From the NCBI RefSeq assembly GCF_001447785.1, contig NW_015177015.1, positions 458,165 to 522,164 of the forward strand: a stretch of DNA of 64,000 nt, in the 5' to 3' direction. Made by a program: the position numbers and the translations under genes. Positions 11,822 to 21,697 of this stretch are shown here, piece by piece. Each line of letters starts with the position of its first letter. Position 1 is the stretch's first letter. The notes beneath the pieces are model-generated. The model saw only the letters and a list, made by a program, of their open reading frames with translations. It was not told the origin of the DNA and ran no database searches. The DNA is from Gekko japonicus. Lineage: Eukaryota.

Positions 11822-11965
11822 CTGAAGCGTGGGCTTCTTCAACGTAGATCACAAGGAAATCTGCTCCAAATATGAAATCTTCGACAAGCTTCTTGAACTC
11901 GCCAAATTTGAACATAAATGAAGGTCAGGTGCAGCTTCCAAATGTCAGAACCAAAGGCCTGTTAT
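11822..11965 (-). CDS. DIO1: Iodothyronine deiodinase 1, exon 2 with selenocysteine UGA at 11925-11927
   Basis: 144 nt; [48 protein letters not shown], the deiodinase catalytic motif. Confidence 0.95.
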
Positions 11966-12756
11966 CTGCAACATGTGTAAAGCAGTCCGTGAAGTACAAG
12001 GATGGTTTTATAGTGAAAGCAGCAGGGAGACAAGAGTTCTGCTGCATTGCCCTGTACTTAGGACACTCAGAATAAAAACACAAAGCCTGAGTGATCCAGT
12101 GGGGAAAGATGTACTCTGCCCCACACATTAAACCAGAATATTCACTAACACAACAAAGAACCCCAGTTCAAAAAAGTAACACTAGTAAATGTAGAAAGGT
12201 TATTTTATGATGAATACAATCCAGTGCCATGGTGGCATGTTGGGTTGGAGAGTATGATATATATTGAAATTTAAGATGGATCTTCACTTCCTATGATACC
12301 TTTTACAAGAAGTACATCTAGACTAAAAGGTGTTCTTGTCACCACTGGTAAGAATTATCTAAGTGGGAGTGGTTTTTTTTTTAAAAAAAATTAGGCATTC
12401 ACTTAATAGGGATAAGAAGTTCTATTCTCCCTCTATTGTATCTGCTTATGTTTATATTATGGATTTATAGAGCTGTTGTAGATTTTCCGGATTGTCTCGC
12501 CATGGTCTTGGCATTGGAGGACCTGACATTTTGCCAGTAGCTGTGACTGGCATCCTCAGAAGTATAACACAGAAAGACGGAGTACTCTGTCAAGGTGAGA
12601 AGAAAAATGGTAGGCATGTAATTTATATCTACTCAGGAAGTTGGGGTAGTGCTGAGTCACCCACCTTCCTGAGTAGATATATAAATTACCTGCCTACCAT
12701 TTTTCTTCTCACCTTGACACAGAGAGTACTCTGTCTTTCCGTGTTATACCTCTGAG

Positions 12757-13290
12757 GATAACAAAGACAAACAACATATTGCTGAACAAGTTCATAATAT
12801 AATGAATAATACAATAAGGATGCTATTTTGATAGTTGTTCTGTTTCAACAGCTGAATACATCAAGAGACCGAAGTCTCAACGCAGGCAGGACGAACCTTC
12901 CCAGGCTTGACTGTCCGTTTCGACCTTACGTCTTTATCAAACGTCAGTTCGTAGAAGTCTGTCTTCAATACATGATTCTCAACAATATGTGCAAAATTTC
13001 AAAGGTGGCTGCTTCAAGCTCTCATGGTATTGAAGCAGCCACCTTTGAAATTTTGCACATATTGTTGAGAATCATGTATTGAAGACAGACTTCTACGAAC
13101 TGACGTTTGATAAAGACGTAAGGTCGAAACGGACAGTCAAGCCTGGGAAGGTTCGTCCTGCCTGCGTTGAGACTTCGGTCTCTTGATGTATTCAGCTGTT
13201 GAAACAAAACAACTATCAAAATAGCATCCTTATTGTATTATTCATTATATTATGAACTTGTTCAGCAATATGTTGTTTGTCTTTGTTATC
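12757..13290. repeat. Near-perfect palindrome: 261-bp arms, 12-nt spacer
   Basis: 12757-13017 is the reverse complement of 13030-13290, with one mismatch seen (12840). Confidence 0.95.
13095..13156 (+). ncRNA. Hammerhead-like motif with U3-A8 core variant (mirror copy on minus strand at ~12891-12952)
   Basis: TTGATAA-A-GAC-gtaag-GTC-GAAAC-ggaca-GTC; distal pairing acgaac/gttcgt; proximal helix I is weak. Confidence 0.5.
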
Positions 13291-13320
13291 TGAATTGCTG
13301 GGTCCTATTTACTCCGTTAT

Positions 13321-13363
13321 ACCTCTGAGGATGCCAGTCACAGCTACTGGTGAAACGTCAGGT
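13321..13363 (+). ncRNA. Minimal type I hammerhead ribozyme (Penelope pLTR type)
   Basis: ACCT-CTGAGGA-T-GCCAGT-cacagct-ACTGGT-GAAA-CG-TC-AGGT: helix I, intact core, helix II, minimal helix III, GUC cleavage triplet. Confidence 0.75.
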
Positions 13364-13459
13364 CCTACAATGCCAAGACCACGGCCAGACAACCCATAAA
13401 ATCTACAACAGCTAATGAACTCTGGCCATGAAAACCTTTGACAACAGATTTATAGAGCA

Positions 13460-14014
13460 CTAGCCTGATACCCATGCTTCGCTACAGTATTTAAGTTCCA
13501 TAAATCCAGTTATAATTCTGATGATGTGAAGTCTGAAATGTAACACTTGTTGTAGGAATTCTAATGGAGAAGACTGTAGTGTAAGAAATGAAGTGAGACA
13601 TACGTACTTCCCCCCCTCTACTGAAGGACCTCTCTCTAGACCACATTGGTGGTTCTGCCCTCCGGTGCTAGGATCACCAGGCTGCTTGATGAGCTCACTC
13701 TGGAGCAGGCCACATAGAACTGTCCATTTAAGAAGCAGTCATCTGTTAAGTCAACTCCTGCTACCTTCCACAAAAGTGATGGCCTCTCTACTTGTGTTCC
13801 TGGATTGTTTTGCTCTGGCAGCCGCATAGGAATCAATGGGGGGAGCACATTTTCCCCCTTTTGACCACTTAGGGGTTGGATTTCTAAAAATCCCTTCTTA
13901 GCAAGCACCTACGCCACGGTAGGAGCGCTCTCCCCGAATTTGGTGTCTGTAGGTCCAGTGGTTTGGCCTGGGCATTGATTTTACAGTGAGGGGACTTTCT
14001 TTTATATATATAGA
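13460..14014 (-). mobile_element. Internally deleted Helitron
   Basis: Minus strand starts TC(tatatatataaaa) and ends CTAG, inserted between A and T with no TSD; carries a RepHel helicase C-terminal remnant GQFYVACSRV...GRTTNVV. Confidence 0.8.
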
Positions 14015-15593
14015 TTTACTGAAGCTCTCCAGTACTTTGTTGGCTTGCATCTACAACCTACGTGGATTCTACTGGGTCTGATCCAACTAGCTTTCTGGAA
14101 CTGCATGGATAAAAGGATATGTGTGATGGTGACTGAAGCAAAGAGGGGAATTGAGTGAGACTGAGTGAAAAAGCTAGCTGGGATCCAACCCAAATACATT
14201 TTCTTCTTCTTCATGAAATTGCCCCTTATGTTTGTAATTACCTCTAGAGATCCCCTTAACTGTGTCCTCCAAGCATATTTGGGACCAAACTTTTTGTGAC
14301 AATTTAACTATACAATGTCATTGTTAGTGTGCGTGTGTATGCACGCGTGCCCGTGAATAATTTCCCTTGTCCTGGTCCAAACACGCAGCATGGGTCTCCA
14401 ATTCCAGCATAGATTTATCATCTCATGAGTTATGACAGGAAAAAATGTATTTTTGGCTCTAAATAGTCATAACAGACTATATACATATAATTAGTTTGCC
14501 GCTTGGGTTGCCCCCCCCCTCTCCCCTGGACGCTGGTAAGGTACAACCACCTACTCCTCCATGCTTCAGCTCCCTGTTCCTATAACTGTATCTGCATTTT
14601 TAGAGGCAGCGTATTTACTTATTGCCTACTGGAAAGTGCAGCTTAATGATTTATGAGCGTGTTGAAAGAGAGAGCAAAGTACAGTGTGAACTTATTTCTC
14701 TAAGCAATATTTTGGGGCAGCCATGTGCTTTCATAAGTGCCAACTCTTCTGGACTACAGGCAGAAGAATTGTACTATAGTGCAGAGCTTCCTATATATAA
14801 TCTGCTAACTGAAAAAACTCTTGAGAATCAAGCTCTTAAATGTTTGTCCCCCTCCCCCAGGGATCGACTATAAATACATTATAAGTTTATATTCCTATGT
14901 TCTGGAAAAACTGAAAAGGCAAACCAACCCATTGTTATTTTTAAAAGCTGATTGCCCACCCCTAAAATCATTAATTTACACATTAAGCTGAGAAACTGTG
15001 ATCCCCTCCAATATGTTGAAAATAATTCTTTAGACAGTTAAATTTTAAGTTTGGCTGCGGGGGGTAGCAGTCCTCAGCTATTTGAATATATTGGGTTGGA
15101 TTCTATCACTCAGTTGCATTGGTGGTAGTTCATTTAACTTCAATACAAGAGGGTTTTCTAGAAGAGTCTTTTGCCTCAGTAAAGACTCCTTGCACCAAAG
15201 CAATGTTTTATTACTGTCAGAACAGAGTGGTAGCATCCAACCCACTATGACTTGCCATGGTATCTGCACCAGCAAAACATAGTCTGAAGCCAGCCAGTAA
15301 ACCAGAATCAGAAGCTGTGATTTAGAGTGGATTTGCAGATTATAGTTTGGACCGTATGCTAGGTGAGGACAGAATTCAAGATGCAAGAATTTCCCAGTAT
15401 TCTCCTCCCACTGAAGCCTGCCACATTCCCCCAAATCCTGTCCCTGAGAACTATCCGGGAGATGAAATTAGGGTCTGCAGAGGGAGGGGAGAATTGGTAA
15501 AAATTCCTTCCCCCCTTTCTGCTGGTTAGGATCCAAGCCTATGACTTGTGCTTATTATGGCATGGCATGTTGTCTGCATTGACAAACAACAGT

Positions 15594-16089
15594 TGCAAGT
15601 ATGCAATTAGAGGTTGTAATAATACTAGTCTTCCAAGTGAGTACAAAATTACAAAATGTACAGTAACAGCAACATTTTGTATTCCAGATGATATATAGAT
15701 GGACGAAATTCCCCAGAGTTGGTGTTCCGTTTCGTGATGACTTCCTCACACATCAAAACTCATAAAGAAGTGCCCTCACACAGTCACAAATATTCCAAAT
15801 GGATTCTTCATCAATCCTAAATGTTTGTAGTGTTCATTCCTGTTGTATAACAGACCAAAGCTCAGGCTCTGTTATACAACTCTGGTGACGCAGCTTCGGG
15901 GGGCGGAGTTCCCCCTGGGGCCCGATTCCGCCGCGGCAGAAATCGGGCCTCTAAAGCGGGGGTTTCCCCGCCCCCACTTGGCAACCCTAATATATCATCT
16001 GGAATACAAAATGTTGCTGTTACTGTACATTTTGTAATTTTGTACTCACTTGGAAGACCAATATTAAAACCACTAATTGCATACTTGCA
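15594..16089. repeat. Inverted duplication (~100-bp arms, 69 bp perfect) in DIO1 intron 1
   Basis: 15628-15696 is the exact reverse complement of 15990-16058. Confidence 0.85.
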
Positions 16090-16221
16090 GTAGTTCAATT
16101 TCTTCTAGCTTATTTGTACTGCAACCCCCTACCTGCTTGTACACAACAGTTGCAGCCATTGCTCCATCTCTGAAATTCCTTGTGTCCCAGCTGAATCAAG
16201 ACCCAGGTTGATTTCACTTAC

Positions 16222-16552
16222 CTTGCATGAAATCCAAGATGTGACGAACTTCCCCTCCAAGATCTATCACGGGGGTGTTGGGAGCAGGGCAGCCTTGAAA
16301 CGCTTCATCTTCCAGCCTTTTCCATTTGACTTTCAAGACAAAGAGTAGGTAGGGGAAGCTAAAGAAAGTGGGTCCCCAGTTCTCATACATGAATTTGGGA
16401 TTCCTCCCCATGCTGCTCTTTTCCCCTTGTCTCAATATATAGCTCTTTACAGTAGCTGGGAATAAGATCATAAAAAGTTTACCTAGAGCAGTACACAAGC
16501 ACACTTGCAAGAGAATCCAGGTCTTTTTTACAAATGTGCTGATTCTGAACAT
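16222..16552 (-). CDS. DIO1: Iodothyronine deiodinase 1, exon 1 coding part
   Basis: MFRISTFVKKTWILLQV...YENWGPTFFSFPYLLFVLKVKWKRLEDEAFQGCPAPNTPV...DFMQ; 331 nt, donor gtaagt. Confidence 0.95.
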
Positions 16553-16669
16553 CTTGGCAGAATGAGAGGCTGCTGTGTTGTGCATGGCATGGTGGAATAC
16601 CAGAATGGAGCAAAGGTGAAAGAAGAGGACACAAGGCACATGACTGGTGTGCATGCTTAGCTGCTGCAC

Positions 16670-16685
16670 TTTATATGCATGACCT
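16670..16685 (-). promoter_or_regulatory. Putative DIO1 TATA box with adjacent AGGTCA nuclear-receptor half-site
   Basis: Minus strand reads cagAGGTCAtgcaTATAAAg, about 120 nt upstream of the ATG. Confidence 0.4.
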
Positions 16686-16967
16686 CTGTTATTGCTTCAC
16701 AACAGGCTGTGAGCTGCCAACCACAGACTCTGAAATAGCCCCAAAGCCTTCTGTGGAATTTTAATCAGCCAAATGGTTTCCAGTTTGCAGCCTTTTAGTA
16801 ATCAAGGCATAAATCGCCTGGACTAGACCTGAAGAATCTTTGCAGGAGCTGGCTGTACTAGATTATTCCATGCTCACTGTTTTACACTCTGAACATTATG
16901 CATGGCGTCAGCAAGTCATGTTTTGAATATTTTGTCTTTGCTTTTTATATCACATTTATGTCCTCAC

Positions 16968-17173
16968 CAATGTTCCCTCTAAGCCGAGTTAGTGTGAGCC
17001 AGCTCACAGTTTTTTAGCCTCTGGCTCACACATTTTTGTCTTAGCTCAGGAAGGACGGCTCTAGAGCAAACTAATTTATGCAGTAGCCAGATCGCTCGCT
17101 CACAGCTTTAATGCCAGTCGCTCACAAAGTAGAATTTTTGCTCACAAGATTCCACAGCTTAGAGGGAACATTG
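16968..17173. mobile_element. hAT-type MITE
   Basis: TIRs CAATGTTCCCTCTAAG / CTTAGAGGGAACATTG and 8-bp TSD gtcctcac. Confidence 0.85.
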
Positions 17174-17434
17174 GTCCTCACCCTTCAAGGGACAGAGAGT
17201 CTCAGATGGGATTTAGCTCACAATAGGCTTGTAGGTTAACAGTGATTTCTTAATGGCTAAGCAGAGTGGAACTTGACCCTCTGCAGTCCAAGTCTGACCA
17301 ACACTCTCCACCACTCACTGGCTTTTGTTTTGCTTTTGAGTAAAGGTTTAACTGGTCATCATATTTAGGCAGGAGGATGCTATTGTGAATTTGCCCATCC
17401 CATTACTATGATCTAATATCATAGTAGAGTAGAG

Positions 17435-17552
17435 TAGCTGTGTTGGTCTGCAGTAGAACAGATAGATTCGAGCCTGGTAGCACCTTGGAGACCAACAAGA
17501 GTTTCAGGGAGCAAGCCTTTGAGAAGTCAAACCTCCCTTCATCAGACACAGA
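17435..17552 (-). mobile_element. Penelope-like pLTR fragment with degenerate hammerhead
   Basis: Minus strand CTGATGA-A-GGGAG-gtttga-CTTCT-caaaggcttg; the GAAA segment is mutated. Confidence 0.5.
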
Positions 17553-17879
17553 TCTAATACAACTACAATACAGTTTGGCCTAGAAAAGTGATGGGAGTCA
17601 GGGATTTTGTTAAAAACCCAAATGTTAATTGTCTGTGAATGTTGTCTTGCATAGACAATACCTGTAAGAAGCAGACTAGAGATCAGTACAGGTATTCTCT
17701 CTCTCACTCTATGTGTACATGTATGTGTAAGAGAGAGAGAAACAGCAGTTTTAAATCTGAACTGGAGAGCAGAGTTTAGTTGGGACTGAGGTGCCGCCTT
17801 CTGGGGGGCTGTATAGTGGAGAGTTCCTTGTGGTTACCTTGATTGGTTCCCTATGGAGAAAATAAAGTGGGGGTGTCTT

Positions 17880-18890
17880 TGTAGTGGTTAATAAAAGTGT
17901 GAGTTCCGTGTTTTCACTTCTAGAATACTGTTCTGGAGTGCCTGTAACACATGCCACTGTTTTTTGAGGTACTATTGTTTGTTTAGTGCCCGTTCCGGCC
18001 CATTCCAGGGTGTTCCGGAGGCATTTTGGCCTGGAAAGGGTTAATAAAAGTGTGAGAGTTATGTGTTTTCACTTCTAGAATACTTTTCTGGAGTGCCAAT
18101 GTTTTTTGCGGTACTATTGTTTGTTTAGTGCCCGTTCCGGCCCATTCCAGGGTGTTCCAGAAGCATTTTGGTCTGGAAAGGGTTAATAAAAGTGTGAGAG
18201 TTCTGTGTTTTCACTTCTAGAATACTGTTCTGGAGTGCCTGTAATGCATCCCAGTTTTTTGCGGTACTATTGTTTGTTTAATGCCCGTTCCAAGGTGTTC
18301 TGGAGGTGTTTTGGTCTGGAACGGGTTAATAAGTGCACAGTATCTCTGTGTTTGGATTTCCAAAATATGGTTCTAGATTGCCTTTAAGGCATCCCACATT
18401 TTCTTGTGGTACTATTGTTTATTTAATATCCATTCCGGCATGTTCCGAGGTGTTCTGGAGATGTTTTGGCCTGGAAAGGGTTAATAAGTGCACAGTATCT
18501 CTGCTTTGGATTTCCAAAATATTGTTCTGGGGTGCCTGTAATGCACCCCAGTGCTTCTTGTGGTACTGTTGTTTCTTTAGTGCCCTTCTGGCTTGTTCCA
18601 TGGTGTTCCGGAGGCATTTTGGCCTGGAAAGGGTTAATAAAAGTGTCAGAGTACCTGTTTTTACTTATAGAATATTATTCTGGAGTGCCTTTAAGGCATC
18701 CCACAGTTTTTTGTGGTACTATTGTTTGTTTAATGCTCGTTCTGTGGTGTTCCGGAGGCATTTTGGCTTGGAAAGGGTTAATAAAAGTGGGGGAGTTCCT
18801 TCACTTCTAGAATATTGTTCTGGAGTGCCTGTAATGCATCCCAGTGCTTTTTGCGGCACTTTTGTGTGTTTAATGCCCGTTCCACCCGTT
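17880..18890. repeat. Tandem repeat array, about 7 diverged copies of a 142-155 bp unit
   Basis: ggttaataa recurs at about 17886, 18039, 18181, 18324, 18479, 18632 and 18775 with shared flanks (ttctagaatactgttctggagtgcct, ggtactattgtt, ggaggcattttggcctggaaa). Confidence 0.9.
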
Positions 18891-19249
18891 CCGGCTTTTA
18901 CCCTGTCCCCTCTGTCACTGCTCTTTATGGTCATGAAAGGGAGCAAAAGATCAGGTTGCCACCTTCCGAACCGGCTAATGTCACTGCGCTATCAGTTACA
19001 CTACAAGCCATTTGGTGACAGAGGAAATAGCGCGGTACACTGCACTGAGCCAAAGGTGGGCTGAAAAAAGAATACACAAACGAAACAGGATGTATTCATC
19101 TGCTTCAGTAAGGTGCTCATGCCATGTCTGTACATCAAACCTTTGTTAAAGGCACAGAAGCAGCTGGGAGCTCCGAGGAAGAGAGAAGGGCAAAACGGGA
19201 TCCAAACTGACAACGAGCTAATATTGTTTTGAGATCCAGATTCCAGAGA

Positions 19250-19930
19250 GGCAGCCGCAAAAAAAAAACCCGGAACGTCCCGGTACCCAAAGAAGACGTG
19301 GTGCCTGTAAGGTTTCCCGGTCTAGAGCTCTTTGTCGCGGGCAAGGCTCCTTTTTTGGGTTGCTTTTTTAACAAAAGAGAGAGACCTGTCCCTTTAAGAG
19401 GGGAGGCGATGGGAGGAGAAGAAAAGAAGCTGTCCAGTTCCTGTAGTTTCCGGCAATACAGGCCTTTTGAAGCAGCCTCCGTCGTCGCCGCTGCTTTGAC
19501 AACCGGCAGGTAGTGATGGCGCCGCCTTGTGGAGAGGGTGAGGGGAGGTCTTGGCTGCGGCCCGGCTCTGAGGGGCCGCTTCACACGTTAGGGGGACAAA
19601 AGGGTTTGAAAACAAGAGTGTACACCCCGCGGCGAAACAGCATCCAATCCCTAGCGCCCTTCTTCAAGTGGCGCGTTCGCCTCTTGGTTTTAGCTTGCGC
19701 GCTGCCGGTACCTGCTCAAAGCCTGCCGTGTGACGTGGCCCTAATGGTGGATCCCGATGCGCGGAAGGGTCGTGGTGGTGGTGGGTGTTGCGTCCCCTTG
19801 TCTCCGCTATGGACGACCCCGCCGACCCCCGCGCTATCCGTTTCCCAGCAAAGGTGGCTTAAGGGTGGCCTTTTCCTCATCGCTATCCCCGCATAACTGC
19901 GGGAGGGTCTCATCTGCGTTAGTGACTGAG
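19250..19930 (+). promoter_or_regulatory. CpG island / YIPF1 promoter and probable non-coding first exon (possible donor at 19509/19510)
   Basis: CpG-rich; ETS-like CCGGAA and ACTACA motifs; ~2 kb upstream of the first YIPF1 coding exon. Confidence 0.65.
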
Positions 19931-21666
19931 AGTGGAAATTACCCTCGGTTAGTTGACAAAACAAGCCAACTGTGCTAATCCGTTAAGATTTAAGCATTTT
20001 CACTAGGCAGCAGACCCTGAAAGACTTCAGTGCGTAGACGATTGCATCGTTCAATCCTAAACAGAGTTGTACCCTTCCGACAGGAACGGAATTGTTTCCT
20101 GCATGATAAGCTGCTGCTGTGGCCATACGATCTGGTTTCTTTGTTTAGGTAGTCTCTAAGAAATTTTGCAGCCTTCCATTAGAGAACTAAATATTTAATC
20201 CCCGCCCTCCAGCCTGGGAAGGCCTACAGGTTAGTAGGAAGAGAGTGGTTGCGATGTGGCAGCCTGAGGCTTTGTCTATAACGTTTGGTCCTAGGTCCCC
20301 CCCCCCCCCCCCCCAGTGATATTGCTGTAATGGCCAGGCAATTTGGAAATGGAAGACCCGGGTTCAGAGTCCTAAACAAGTGTAAAAAGTTCACGGAACA
20401 CACTCTCTCTCATAAGCTAACCTGCTTTATTACCTGTGGAGGCGACTTGAAATTTAATGGGTGGAGGCTTCCTCCCCAAAATGAATTATGTCTCCCCCCA
20501 AAACTGATTATGTGAGTGTAGAAGATTTCTTGTGGATTTGACAACTTCTTGCTACACCACTGCAAACAAAGAAAATTGCTGGAGGTGCAAACCTTTCAAG
20601 CAGTTGTATTTGGTTTGGGAGTATCTGTTGATTTAACAAAATAGTTCAACAATTATGTTAGTAAAAAAGAATATTGCATCAAACTTAAAAAAAAATTCAA
20701 ATGAGTCCAAGCTAGGGTTTTGAGTTTTCTTTTATATTCTCTCTAATCACAATTTTATTAGCTAGGAATGCATCCCCCCCCCCCAACCGGGTCAGATTGG
20801 ATCGTCTTTCTAAGCATGAAAGACAATAAAGATTAAGGAACTGTTGCCTTCCCTTTCTCCAGTTGGGGAGTTCATTTGCTTAGCTGTTTCTTGGCTGCGG
20901 TCACACGGGCAGGAAAATGCTTGGGGGAAGCGTGGCTGTTTGCCCCGGGGCAAAATAACGTGCGGTTGCGCGAGCAGACATCCCGTGGAGGTCCCAAGGT
21001 ATGGGGGAGGTGCCGATCACACCACAATCCTGCGGCGCGGCAAAGAAGCGGCGCGCTGCGGCAAACGAGTGTTTTTCCCCCCTGTACACCGACGTGTGCG
21101 CATGCCCTGTTGGGTGCTTGGGCGCATCCCGAGGACACTTGGAAAAAGCCCCCTTTTTGCGAGGGGACATGGGCGGGTGCCGGATGCCATGGGATTCCAC
21201 CGGAATGGGATCACGCGCCCGCCCTTGCCCCGCGGTTTCCGGAAACTAGTACCTCCGAGGTACTAGTTTTTTACCGCGCATCTTCGGAGTGAAGCCTTGG
21301 GTGAGCCACGGGAGCTCTACGTTTCCCAGATGTGGCGGTGAGATCGCGCCCAGAAAATCCGCCTATCTTCCGTCTCTCTAGCATGCCGAATGCTCCGTGT
21401 TTGTTGCTCAGGCAATGCTTCCTGCCTTGAATCTGTTAACCCCTTTGTGGCAAATTTGTAATCTAGATGACCCAGACCAATCTTGTTAACATTTTCTTAA
21501 AGGATTCTTGCAGGGTTAAACTGGACAAGCCACTTTCAAAGCTTAGAGATTCAGTTTAACCCATTTGTGAATAACAAAGTTGTATTTTAAAGACTGGAAA
21601 CAATATTTATTCACTTGTTTTTTTCAGCTACTCATCACTTTTCAATACGTTGACACTAGTGCATGA

Positions 21667-21697
21667 ATGGCAACCGTGGATGACCTTAAGTTTTCAG
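21667..21697 (+). CDS. YIPF1: YIPF1 coding exon 1
   Basis: MATVDDLKFS(E); donor gtaaat; exon acceptor at 21627. Confidence 0.88.

Larger units (their letters stand above)
12474..13446 (+). mobile_element. Non-autonomous Penelope-like element with inverted pLTRs (host of a nested palindrome)
   Basis: 12-bp TSD gatttatagagc (12462-12473 and 13447-13458); inverted arms; same family as 41041-41699; hammerhead motif in the pLTR. Confidence 0.8.

Noticed and set aside
11925-11927. Premature stop in DIO1 exon 2
   Set aside because: It is the selenocysteine UGA in the SCTUPSF motif, supported by the SECIS.
12828-13219. Two nearly identical ORFs on opposite strands (MIVVLFQQ...)
   Set aside because: A by-product of the palindrome; non-ATG starts and no recognisable protein.
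16553-16669. N-terminal extension of DIO1 suggested by ORF 16214-16669
   Set aside because: Starts at a non-ATG codon beside the putative TATA box; homology and exon length fit the ATG at 16552.
17880-18890. CRISPR-like array, or the 243-aa ORF 18333-19064
   Set aside because: Whole units are repeated with no unique spacers, the context is eukaryotic, and the ORF is simply translated tandem repeat.
20844-21400. GC-rich ORF cluster in the YIPF1 5' region
   Set aside because: No recognisable protein or exon structure; probably an unclassified GC-rich repeat that I cannot assign.
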